IMG/VR virus record: IMGVR_UViG_3300021089_000001
Strand: one strand, 5' to 3'
Source of the DNA: an uncultured virus (IMG/VR IMGVR_UViG_3300021089_000001)
Taxonomy: Duplodnaviria; Heunggongvirae; Uroviricota; Caudoviricetes
DNA: 57,403 nt
Below the pieces are notes generated by a model. It had not been told where the DNA came from and did no database searches. It saw nothing but the letters and a program-made list of their open reading frames with translations. The translations under genes were made by a program, and so were the position numbers. Positions within the stretch are counted from its first letter, which is position 1. Each line of letters starts with the position of its first letter. This document shows positions 40,394 through 48,026 of this stretch, piece after piece.

Positions 40394-40908
40394 TATTCTG
40401 CTTGTCCTATAAAATGATATATGTATTTTATTTGTTTTCCAATATTAAATCCACAATGTTCTGCATCTATTTTATCCCATTGATATACAGCACCTTGTTC
40501 TTCCATATGATAACAATCTTGTTCAACAATTAATGTACTACCCATACAAGGATTTGAAATATGACAATGATATCTAACAAAATTATCTTTTGGTACTTCA
40601 CCTATTACTTCATTTATTTCTTTATCATCAATATGAGGTGGAACACAATATCCTGTTTTCATTTCGCTAATCCAACACATAACAGGTAATACATTTAACC
40701 AATTACCAAATTCTTTATTAACATTACCAAAACCATCATGAAAGGTTTCAAAATTTATTATATTGGCAACATTCTTAAATGCCGCTTCAATTTCTTTTTT
40801 ATCTTGATAATTTGAAGGAGTTGTCTCGTATTGACGTTTTACACCGTCAAGGTTTTTGATTATCTGATTCCAATCGACTTGGAAAAACTTTCCAATATAT
40901 TTCTTCAT
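40393..40908 (-). CDS. Asp/Asn beta-hydroxylase-like Fe/2OG oxygenase
   Basis: GYCVPPHID, RYHCHI, EHCGFNIG. Confidence 0.6.
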   Translation of the reverse strand: MKKYIGKFFQVDWNQIIKNLDGVKRQYETTPSNYQDKKEIEAAFKNVANIINFETFHDGFGNVNKEFGNWLNVLPVMCWISEMKTGYCVPPHIDDKEINEVIGEVPKDNFVRYHCHISNPCMGSTLIVEQDCYHMEEQGAVYQWDKIDAEHCGFNIGKQIKYIYHFIGQAE

Positions 40909-40919
40909 AGGGGTAAAAA

Positions 40920-40927
40920 TATTTATG
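40920..40927 (-). promoter_or_regulatory. Late-like promoter CATAAATA heading the amidinotransferase operon
   Basis: Reverse complement of TATTTATG, 11 nt upstream of the 40908 ATG; geometry matches structural genes. Confidence 0.55.
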
Positions 40928-41040
40928 AAATGGTGTTTTTGAAATTGTAAGAAAAGGCTACGTTTTGGTGGGGGTTGGTACGCATATTAAAACATAGACG
41001 AGACCCTTGTAGTGACGTGTATGAGCTTATAAAGTGCTAA

Positions 41041-41079
41041 TATAATGGGCTTTAGAGTTTAATCTAATAACCCATTATA
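41041..41079. terminator. Imperfect hairpin between transcription units
   Basis: TATAATGGG/CCCATTATA outer stem with inner TTAGA/TCTAA. Confidence 0.5.
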
Positions 41080-41120
41080 ATTCTATATGTCGTGAATATT
41101 TTTAGTTTTGGATATTTTGG

Positions 41121-41228
41121 TTAGAATATAACCCACAGTACTACTACTGCTACAACGACAATTCCTATCTTCTGTACGTTACTTCCTTTAGTCCAAAGTC
41201 CTGTAACTTTACTAATCATATTATTCAT
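41121..41228 (-). CDS. 35-aa membrane microprotein (MNNMISKVTGLWTKGSNVQKIGIVVVAVVVLWVIF)
   Basis: Hand-translated; AAGGAG RBS; GATAAATA on minus strand at 41256-41263. Confidence 0.65.
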   Translation of the reverse strand: MNNMISKVTGLWTKGSNVQKIGIVVVAVVVLWVIF

Positions 41229-41281
41229 AATTGTCTCCTTGTCTTAATTAAACAATATTTATCTAATATTAGTAGTATACA

Positions 41282-41476
41282 TTAGGAACCGACTGATTGC
41301 CAAGGCAAAGGTTTACCATTTTCATCGCGTGCCATTTCGCCCGTAGCTTCAATTACGGCACACATTCGTTTCTTTCCACCAAAATTTACGAAGAGGCAAG
41401 GCTTAACTTTTTGCCCTTTATGAGTTCTAAAGTGTTGTTCTTGTTTTTCCGGTTGAATACCTCTAGGACGGCCCAT
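41282..41476 (-). CDS. Small hypothetical protein
   Basis: 64-aa ORF in tandem with neighbour. Confidence 0.55.
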   Translation of the reverse strand: MGRPRGIQPEKQEQHFRTHKGQKVKPCLFVNFGGKKRMCAVIEATGEMARDENGKPLPWQSVGS

Positions 41477-41482
41477 GGGACT

Positions 41483-41689
41483 CTAGTCTCTTTTTCCCAT
41501 TGGAAGTGTTTGGGTTTTAGAAGAGTCAGTTCCTTTTTTACTTGTCCAGTATACATTAACTTCTGGCGCTTTGGAATGCATTTGATAAGACTTCACAGCT
41601 CTTTTATAGCCTAAAGATTCTATTACTTTTGTATCTTCACCTTCTGGTAGGATTGGATCTACAAAAGTATATTTTCTCATTTTTTTCAT
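41483..41689 (-). CDS. Small hypothetical protein
   Basis: 68-aa ORF, AAGGA RBS; TATAAATA on minus strand at 41720-41727. Confidence 0.55.
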   Translation of the reverse strand: MKKMRKYTFVDPILPEGEDTKVIESLGYKRAVKSYQMHSKAPEVNVYWTSKKGTDSSKTQTLPMGKRD

Positions 41690-41790
41690 ATTCTTTATTC
41701 CTTTCTTGTGTCACTTTCATATTTATATGTAAAAACAAAAACAAGTCTAAACATCTCTAAGAAACATTTTTAAGGTTAAATACACTTATA

Positions 41791-41871
41791 ATGAGTGTAT
41801 TAGCAATATTTTTCACGCTAGTAGTACTAGCAGTAGTTGGCGCACTTATTGTTGTGGCAATGGAGAAGTAA
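41791..41871 (+). CDS. 26-aa membrane microprotein (MSVLAIFFTLVVLAVVGALIVVAMEK)
   Basis: Hand-translated; TAATG overlap with the protease start. Confidence 0.55.
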   Translation: MSVLAIFFTLVVLAVVGALIVVAMEK

Positions 41872-43070
41872 TGTTAGCAAGAATAGTATTCATAATCAGT
41901 TTTATATTTGTAACTACTGCAACTGCAGGTACGTTTGATTATAAAAAACAAGACTGGAAATGGGAATCTACTTTTGATAGTATAGTAGTTGTTACTGGTC
42001 AAAAAAGTGGCGAATCAATGACATTTCTGGGTCCGGACGACTCACCTAAAGGACCATTCGATAAAGACCCTTATAAAGATTTTTTTGACGAACGTGGAGA
42101 AAAACCAGAAATTATTGTTCCACCTAAAAGTTCTTTAGGAACAGGTTTCTTTATTAACGATATTCATATAGTAACAAACTATCACGTTGTTAAAAACATG
42201 GACACTTTTACAATATACACATGGAGTTTTCCATTTGCAGTAAAAGAAGTTGTGCTTATAGGATACGACGAAACAGTTGATATTGCTGTATTAGAAGTTA
42301 AAGAAAAAGTAAAACATAGTCATCTTGATTGGGCAACAAAAAATCCTATGATAGGAGATGATGTTTATGCATTAGGGCACGGTTTAAATTTAATTTGGTC
42401 ATTTACAAAAGGCATATTAAGTTATGACTATAGACCAAATCCATTGGACAGTTTTGTTCATTACTATCAAACTGATGCTGTAATAAATCCAGGAAACTCT
42501 GGGGGAGTCTTACTTAATGAACAAGGAGAAGTTATAGGTGTTAATACTCTTTTAATTTCCCCAACAGCTTATTATGTAGGTTATGGTTATTCTATTCCTT
42601 GGAAATTAGCAAAAAGAGTTGCAGAACAAATTATTCAAGTAGGTCATCATACTAAACCTAGCATAGGAATACAAATGGGAATAATAGATGACAAAGAATT
42701 ATTTGTACAATTAACTGGTAGAGGCATAGAACATTTTTTAGAAATTAAAGAAGTTATGCCAGATTCGGCGGCAATGAGATTTGGATTAATGGCTGGTGAT
42801 ATAATAGTTTCTATGGACAATGCTCCTATTAAAGTAGTACCTGATGTAATAGAAGTGTTATGGTCAAAAATGCCTGGAGACTCTGTAGACTTTGTAGTTT
42901 ATAGAAATTATGAATACATAAGCCTTTCTGTAATATTAGGACGAGTAGAAGTAGAAGTTACAGAAATGATAGATGTTGAAGAACTATATGATGAAGAAGA
43001 AGAATTAGAAGAAGAATTAGAAGAGCAAGAAGAAATACTAGTACCACAAGAGGAAAAAACTACATGGTAA
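41871..43070 (+). CDS. HtrA/DegP-family serine protease with PDZ domain and signal peptide
   Basis: GTGF, TNYHVV, DIAVL, QTDAVINPGNSGG; PDZ (SAAMRFGLMAGDII); acidic tail. Confidence 0.92.
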   Translation: MLARIVFIISFIFVTTATAGTFDYKKQDWKWESTFDSIVVVTGQKSGESMTFLGPDDSPKGPFDKDPYKDFFDERGEKPEIIVPPKSSLGTGFFINDIHIVTNYHVVKNMDTFTIYTWSFPFAVKEVVLIGYDETVDIAVLEVKEKVKHSHLDWATKNPMIGDDVYALGHGLNLIWSFTKGILSYDYRPNPLDSFVHYYQTDAVINPGNSGGVLLNEQGEVIGVNTLLISPTAYYVGYGYSIPWKLAKRVAEQIIQVGHHTKPSIGIQMGIIDDKELFVQLTGRGIEHFLEIKEVMPDSAAMRFGLMAGDIIVSMDNAPIKVVPDVIEVLWSKMPGDSVDFVVYRNYEYISLSVILGRVEVEVTEMIDVEELYDEEEELEEELEEQEEILVPQEEKTTW

Positions 43071-43204
43071 CATTTTTTAAAGTTTTATTTGGATTTATTG
43101 CATTTATTTTAGCTGGCGGAATCTTTTTTTATATTATACTCGATCTTAAACCTTGGCGAAAAGAAAGTCGTAAAAAAATATTGACTTGGTTGAAAAAGAA
43201 ATAA
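43064..43204 (+). CDS. 46-aa membrane microprotein
   Basis: MVTFFKVLFGFIAFILAGGIFFYIILDLKPWRKESRKKILTWLKKK. Confidence 0.55.
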   Translation: MVTFFKVLFGFIAFILAGGIFFYIILDLKPWRKESRKKILTWLKKK

Positions 43205-43282
43205 ATGGAATGGCTATTTGTAATTTATTATGTTATTGCAATAGTTTTCTTAATATGGATGACGTGGTTTAGAAGAGACTAA
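43205..43282 (+). CDS. 25-aa membrane microprotein
   Basis: MEWLFVIYYVIAIVFLIWMTWFRRD; abuts previous stop. Confidence 0.5.
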   Translation: MEWLFVIYYVIAIVFLIWMTWFRRD

Positions 43283-43374
43283 TGGATATATTGTTTGGCA
43301 TTTTAATATCAATTTATTGTGGTTGGATCCTAGCACAAATTATTATAGGATATTTAGAAGAGGGTATGAAGTAA
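43282..43374 (+). CDS. 30-aa membrane microprotein
   Basis: MDILFGILISIYCGWILAQIIIGYLEEGMK; TAATG overlaps on both sides. Confidence 0.55.
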   Translation: MDILFGILISIYCGWILAQIIIGYLEEGMK

Positions 43375-43529
43375 TGTGGAAAAAATATAGGAACTGGAAA
43401 ATAAAACTAATTCGTAAGTACCCGGTTTGGTGTGCATGGGCGGCTTGGCTGGAAGGAATTATAGTTGGCTTAATAATTTACCATTATTTCTTTATGGAAA
43501 AATTAAGTTGTTGTGGAGTATATGGGTAA
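43374..43529 (+). CDS. 51-aa membrane microprotein
   Basis: Start reassigned to TAATG overlap; MWKKYRNWK...one TM segment. Confidence 0.55.
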   Translation: MWKKYRNWKIKLIRKYPVWCAWAAWLEGIIVGLIIYHYFFMEKLSCCGVYG

Positions 43530-43692
43530 ACAATTAATATTGTTATTAACATTAATATTTTTAACTTCATGCTCTGGATACAAATTCAATTTTACTTGCA
43601 ATGATTTTTCTAGTGAATTAAGTCTCGAAGAAAATTATAAAAAAGCAAAAGAATGCGAAAAGAATCAATTTATGTGGAAGAGGACGTTTTAA
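43522..43692 (+). CDS. 56-aa predicted lipoprotein
   Basis: MGKQLILLLTLIFLTSCSG: signal peptide with lipobox LTSC; two further Cys. Confidence 0.55.
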   Translation: MGKQLILLLTLIFLTSCSGYKFNFTCNDFSSELSLEENYKKAKECEKNQFMWKRTF

Positions 43693-43695
43693 TTT

Positions 43696-43797
43696 ATGTG
43701 GTGGTGGTGGACATTTTTTAAAGAATTATTAATAGACTTTACACCTTGGATCTTGACTATATTAGCAATTTTGTTTATAATAGCAATAACGATATGA
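43696..43797 (+). CDS. 33-aa membrane microprotein starting MWWWW
   Basis: MWWWWTFFKELLIDFTPWILTILAILFIIAITI; ATGA overlap with next gene. Confidence 0.5.
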   Translation: MWWWWTFFKELLIDFTPWILTILAILFIIAITI

Positions 43798-44003
43798 TCA
43801 AAGAAGGTGTAACAGAACAAAATTTTAGTATGAGTAGCCACGAGATCTACAGATTTCCGTGCATAGGAGTTTGTAGTATTGATCTCAATAGTGGATATTG
43901 TTTAGGTTGTAGTCGTACTTTGGAAGAAATATATAAATGGGAAGACCCTAATACTTCAATGGAATGGAAATCATTAAATGAAAAAGAATTAAAAACTAGA
44001 TGA
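43794..44003 (+). CDS. DUF1289-like Cys-rich small protein
   Basis: PCIGVCSID...YCLGCSRTLEEI..W. Confidence 0.8.
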   Translation: MIKEGVTEQNFSMSSHEIYRFPCIGVCSIDLNSGYCLGCSRTLEEIYKWEDPNTSMEWKSLNEKELKTR

Positions 44004-44110
44004 TTAATCCAAAAATTCAAAAAGAAATCAACAGACAAAAATATTTTACTTTAGGAGCGTTAATAATTATGGTAATAGTAATTGGTATTACGCTTTACAT
44101 AGTCGGTTGA
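44000..44110 (+). CDS. 36-aa membrane microprotein
   Basis: MINPKIQKEINRQKYFTLGALIIMVIVIGITLYIVG; ATGA overlap. Confidence 0.55.
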   Translation: MINPKIQKEINRQKYFTLGALIIMVIVIGITLYIVG

Positions 44111-44135
44111 CTTTACACTAAAAATATAATACAAT
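44107..44135 (+). promoter_or_regulatory. Sigma70-type promoter TTGACT-N17-TACAAT upstream of the GS-ICL-L33 unit
   Basis: Direct read; ATG at 44142 follows. Confidence 0.6.
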
Positions 44136-44262
44136 TCAATTATGGTATTAAAGATTCTTACTAAAAACATACAAACAGTAGGACGCCAAAAGAGAGAGCA
44201 GAAAGAAATAGAAGAATTCGCGGCAAAAATAGCACAACAACAAGACACAGGAGTAATAAATT

Positions 44263-44520
44263 ATGGCAAAGAAAAAAGTAAAAGAACATTACGTGAAAAA
44301 ACTTCTTAAATCTTTAGATCTTAAACGTAATAAAAAAGCAACACACAAAGTTATTAATATTAATAACTACGAAAGATTTTGGGAAGATTCTACACCTAGA
44401 GGTCATCAAATTAGAATCGTATGTCAAGATAATTCAACATTACATATAAATTTAAATTGGCCTAAAGGTTACAATCCTAGACTACACAAAGTAGATCCTA
44501 AAAGATGGAATATATCTTAA
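44263..44520 (+). CDS. Basic hypothetical protein
   Basis: 85 aa, AGGAG RBS. Confidence 0.6.
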   Translation: MAKKKVKEHYVKKLLKSLDLKRNKKATHKVININNYERFWEDSTPRGHQIRIVCQDNSTLHINLNWPKGYNPRLHKVDPKRWNIS

Positions 44521-44527
44521 TGAGTGT

Positions 44528-45532
44528 ATGCAAAAAACAAAACTAGAATACGTTTGGCTAGACGGTTACAAGCCTGAACCTACCTTACGATCAAAAGTAA
44601 AAGTAATAGATAGAATGGTAACATCCATTGAGGAAGTTCCTCTATGGGGCTTCGATGGATCTAGCACACAACAAGCAAAAGGTTCCGAATCAGATTGCAT
44701 ATTGCAACCTGTAAAATTATTTAAAGGTCCTTTTGAATCGGACTGGTTAGTATTATGTGAAGTACTAAACAAAGATAACACAACACACGAATCTAATTCT
44801 AGAAGTCAAATTGTTTCATCTACTGAAAAAGATTATTGGTTTGGCTTTGAACAAGAATATACATTTATGATGGGTGAATTTCCTTTAGAGTGGCCTATTG
44901 AAGGTGAACCTAAAGAACAAGGAGATTATTATTGTGGAGTAGGTGCATCTAACATAGGTAAAACAGGAAGAAGAATAATGTTTGAGCACGTTGATAATTG
45001 TATAACAGCAGGTGTATCTATACACGGAACAAACGCAGAAGTAATGTTAGGACAATGGGAATATCAAGTGTTTGGTAAAGGTGGAAAAAATGCGGCTGAT
45101 AATGCCTGGATGGCACGTTATATACTTTATAGAACAGCAGAAAAATATGGAATAGATATTAACATCGAACCTAAACCTATTAAAGGAGATTGGAACGGTA
45201 ATGGTATGCATACTAATTTTTCAAATTCTGCATTAAGAGATCAAGGTGGTAAAGGAGTTATTACTAACATTTGTGAAAAAATGAAACCTTTACACAAATC
45301 ACATATTGCAGTATATGGTAGCAAAAATGATGAACGCTTAACAGGATTACACGAAACTCAACATATTGACAAATTTAGTTATGGAGAGTATGATAGAGGT
45401 GCAAGTATTAGAGTTCCTATGATAACAATTAATAATAATTACAAAGGTTATTTAGAAGATCGAAGACCAGCCGGCAATGCTGATCCTTACAAAGTCGTTA
45501 ACCGTATTATAACAACAATAGAACATCAATAA
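44528..45532 (+). CDS. glnII: Glutamine synthetase type II
   Basis: EYVWLDG, LRSK, WGFDGSST.QA, FGFEQEY, YYCGVG, NAEVMLGQWEYQ, GDWNGNGMHTNFS, RLTGLHET, RGASIRVP, YLEDRRPAGNADPY; 334 aa. Confidence 0.93.
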   Translation: MQKTKLEYVWLDGYKPEPTLRSKVKVIDRMVTSIEEVPLWGFDGSSTQQAKGSESDCILQPVKLFKGPFESDWLVLCEVLNKDNTTHESNSRSQIVSSTEKDYWFGFEQEYTFMMGEFPLEWPIEGEPKEQGDYYCGVGASNIGKTGRRIMFEHVDNCITAGVSIHGTNAEVMLGQWEYQVFGKGGKNAADNAWMARYILYRTAEKYGIDINIEPKPIKGDWNGNGMHTNFSNSALRDQGGKGVITNICEKMKPLHKSHIAVYGSKNDERLTGLHETQHIDKFSYGEYDRGASIRVPMITINNNYKGYLEDRRPAGNADPYKVVNRIITTIEHQ

Positions 45533-46800
45533 TGGATTCAATAATGAAAAATGTTCTCCCTTTAATGGATTGGAATTCTAATAGATGGGACGGCATTATC
45601 AGACCTTACTCTCAGAAAAGCGTAGAAAAATTACGTGGTACTGCTAACATTCAATATACTCTTGCTGAAAGAGGATCAAGAAACCTTTGGTATAAACTAA
45701 AAGAATTACCTTACGTAAGTTCCTTGGGTGCTCTTACAGGTAACCAAGCACTACAACAAGCCAAAGCAGGATTAGATGCTGTATATTTGTCAGGGTGGCA
45801 AGTGGCGGCAGATGCAAATACAACAGACGAAATGTATCCAGACCAGTCATTATATAATACTGAAAGTGTTCCTCGCATACTTAAAAAAATTAATAATACA
45901 TTTATTCGTGCAGATCAAATTCAACATATGGAAGGTAAAGAGAACATAGATTATTTTTTACCTATCGTAGCAGATGCTGAATCAGGATTTGGTGGTGTAT
46001 TGAATACACACGAAGTATTCAAACATATGATTAGAGAAGGTGCATCAGGAGTACACTTAGAAGATCAATTGTCTTCAGCAAAAAAATGTGGACACATGGG
46101 TGGAAAAGTTTTAGTACCTACTAGCGAAATGATTGAAAAACTTGTAGCGGCTAGACTTGCCGCGGACATTATGAAAGTTCCATTAGTAATAATTGCAAGA
46201 ACAGATTCACTTGCTGGTGCTTTAATTAGAAGTGATCACGACGAAGTAGATCAAAAATTTATAACAGGTGAACGAACTGCTGAAGGATTCTTTAGAGTAA
46301 AAGCTGGAATGGATCAAGCAGTTGCTCGTGGACTTGCATATGCTCCATATAGTGATTTAGTATGGATGGAAACTAGTAACCCAGACATCGGAGAAGCTAA
46401 AGAATTTTGTATAGAAGTACGTAAAAAATTTCCAAATAAGATGTTTGCATACAATTGTTCCCCGTCATTTAATTGGAAAGCTAAACTAAATGACAAACAA
46501 ATAAGAAACTTTAAAGACGAATTAGGAGAGATTGGTTGTAAATTTCAATTTATTACACTTGCAGGATTTCACGCATTGAATCATAGTATGTTTGATTTAG
46601 CTAGTAAATATAAAGAAACAGGCATGACTGCTTTCGTTGAACTACAACAAAAAGAGTTTGCGGCGCAGGCACAAGGATTTACAGCAGTTAAACATCAAAG
46701 AGAAGTTGGTGCAGGATACTTTGATGAAGTATCAAAACTAGTTACAGGCAGTAGTACGTTAAGTGCTTTAGAAGGATCAACTGAAGAAGAGCAATTTTAA
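45532..46800 (+). CDS. aceA: Isocitrate lyase
   Basis: YLSGWQVAADAN, MYPDQSLY, PIVADAESGFGG, EDQLSSAKKCGHMGGKVL, ARTD, AYNCSPSFNW, KHQREVGAGYFD, GSTEEEQF. Confidence 0.96.
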   Translation: MDSIMKNVLPLMDWNSNRWDGIIRPYSQKSVEKLRGTANIQYTLAERGSRNLWYKLKELPYVSSLGALTGNQALQQAKAGLDAVYLSGWQVAADANTTDEMYPDQSLYNTESVPRILKKINNTFIRADQIQHMEGKENIDYFLPIVADAESGFGGVLNTHEVFKHMIREGASGVHLEDQLSSAKKCGHMGGKVLVPTSEMIEKLVAARLAADIMKVPLVIIARTDSLAGALIRSDHDEVDQKFITGERTAEGFFRVKAGMDQAVARGLAYAPYSDLVWMETSNPDIGEAKEFCIEVRKKFPNKMFAYNCSPSFNWKAKLNDKQIRNFKDELGEIGCKFQFITLAGFHALNHSMFDLASKYKETGMTAFVELQQKEFAAQAQGFTAVKHQREVGAGYFDEVSKLVTGSSTLSALEGSTEEEQF

Positions 46801-46805
46801 AGTTT

Positions 46806-47141
46806 ATGAGCAAAGAACAATTAAAAAGAATTGACGAAATAGAAGAACAAATTGAAACTTTAGAAGACAGTTTAAGAACTGTTAAAAAAGTTACACCGTT
46901 GCACGACCGTACTTGGTTTGTAAAATGGATTTCAGTAGGATTAATTTGTGCCGCGGTACTATGTAGATCTGTAGAAGAAGTACCAAAGATGTATGATGTA
47001 ATATTTTCTGCATTAGGTACTGCAGGTTGGTTGTACGTTGGGTTTTCTTGGCACGACAGAGCATTAATAGTTTTAAACACAATACTATTATCAATGTTAG
47101 CAACAGGATTATTTAGGTATATTATACAATGGACAATGTAA
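46806..47141 (+). CDS. Small multi-pass membrane protein
   Basis: Three hydrophobic segments; WHDRALIVLN. Confidence 0.65.
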   Translation: MSKEQLKRIDEIEEQIETLEDSLRTVKKVTPLHDRTWFVKWISVGLICAAVLCRSVEEVPKMYDVIFSALGTAGWLYVGFSWHDRALIVLNTILLSMLATGLFRYIIQWTM

Positions 47142-47156
47142 AGAAAAATTATTTTA

Positions 47157-47372
47157 ATGCCAGCAGATAAACCAAAAACAAAACGACCTTATACTAAAGT
47201 AAGAATGGTTCCTGAAGATTCTAAAATGAAGGATCACGCATTTTATTATTATGCATTTAAACCTGGTAAGGGTGAAAAGAAAAATATGAAATTAAGAATG
47301 CGAAAGTATGATCCAGTTACCAAAAAACATATTTGGTGGGTCGAGAAAAAATTACCACCTCACGCTCCTTAA
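47157..47372 (+). CDS. rpmG: Ribosomal protein bL33 homolog (zinc-free type)
   Basis: KVRMV...FYYY..K...KLRMRKYDPVTKKHIWWVEKK matches the bL33 pattern KLELKK(Y/F)DPVxRKHVxxxE. Confidence 0.8.
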   Translation: MPADKPKTKRPYTKVRMVPEDSKMKDHAFYYYAFKPGKGEKKNMKLRMRKYDPVTKKHIWWVEKKLPPHAP

Positions 47373-47446
47373 TTCTATTTTGGTAGAATTTCTAATTGCG
47401 AATAGTACGCATTTGCAGTATACTAAATACATTAAAGGAGAAACAT

Positions 47447-47593
47447 ATGTCATTTTTATTACATGAACTAATGGAACTTGCCTTGTTAATTTCTGCAATA
47501 GCAGTAACATGGGCAGTACCTAGACCGGCTTGGCTATCACGACTTTATAATCGTATTGGCAGAGCATTTGGTTACAATCCACAATACAAATAA
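47447..47593 (+). CDS. 48-aa membrane microprotein
   Basis: AAGGAG RBS, CTAAATA at 47423-47429; start reassigned. Confidence 0.6.
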   Translation: MSFLLHELMELALLISAIAVTWAVPRPAWLSRLYNRIGRAFGYNPQYK

Positions 47594-47680
47594 TTTTTAC
47601 AGCTTTTATCTAAAGTATAATATATCTTAAAACATATTATAACTTTTATCAATACTAGTGTAAATACAGTTGTAATTTAA

Positions 47681-47742
47681 TAGGCTAATAGGCACTTTAC
47701 TAGACAACTAGGCAAAACCAGGCATAAATGGAGGCATAAATT
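47681..47742 (+). repeat. AGGC-repeat leader resembling the gp32 leader
   Basis: AGGC at 47682, 47690, 47710, 47720, 47732 plus variant AGAC at 47702. Confidence 0.65.
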
Positions 47743-47826
47743 ATGGCTACAATACCGCTCTTGATAATCATCTTAGGAGTGTCTTGTTTATTCTTTCTCA
47801 TTACGATATGGTTGACTTTATTCTGA
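47743..47826 (+). CDS. 27-aa hydrophobic microprotein (MATIPLLIIILGVSCLFFLITIWLTLF)
   Basis: GGAGG RBS; hand-translated. Confidence 0.55.
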   Translation: MATIPLLIIILGVSCLFFLITIWLTLF

Positions 47827-47846
47827 TAATGTATTAACATAGGGTA

Positions 47847-48026
47847 ATGATATTTAGAATAATAATATACGCATTTCTATCATACATTTTTACAATTATG
47901 TTTGCCGCTATTGTGGGCAGAGAATATTTTGTTAAGACAGGATTTGATCTTAAATTTGAATATGTAATGATTTTAATTATGGTGGTAGGAATGGATATTA
48001 TTAGAAAATTTATTCAAGGAAAATAA
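47847..48026 (+). CDS. 59-aa two-TM microprotein
   Basis: Hand-translated MIFRIIIYAFLSYIFTIMFAAIVG... Confidence 0.5.
   Translation: MIFRIIIYAFLSYIFTIMFAAIVGREYFVKTGFDLKFEYVMILIMVVGMDIIRKFIQGK

Noticed and set aside
42980..43035. GAAGAATTAGAA repeats
   Set aside because: Simply encode the acidic tail of the protease
44528..47372. Host chromosomal DNA or prophage boundary at GS-ICL-L33
   Set aside because: Same AT-rich composition, tight coupling and phage-type small genes and late motifs on both sides; misassembly cannot be fully excluded without reads
47681..47742. AGGC repeats as a mini-CRISPR
   Set aside because: Units are only 4-6 nt with about 5-nt linkers
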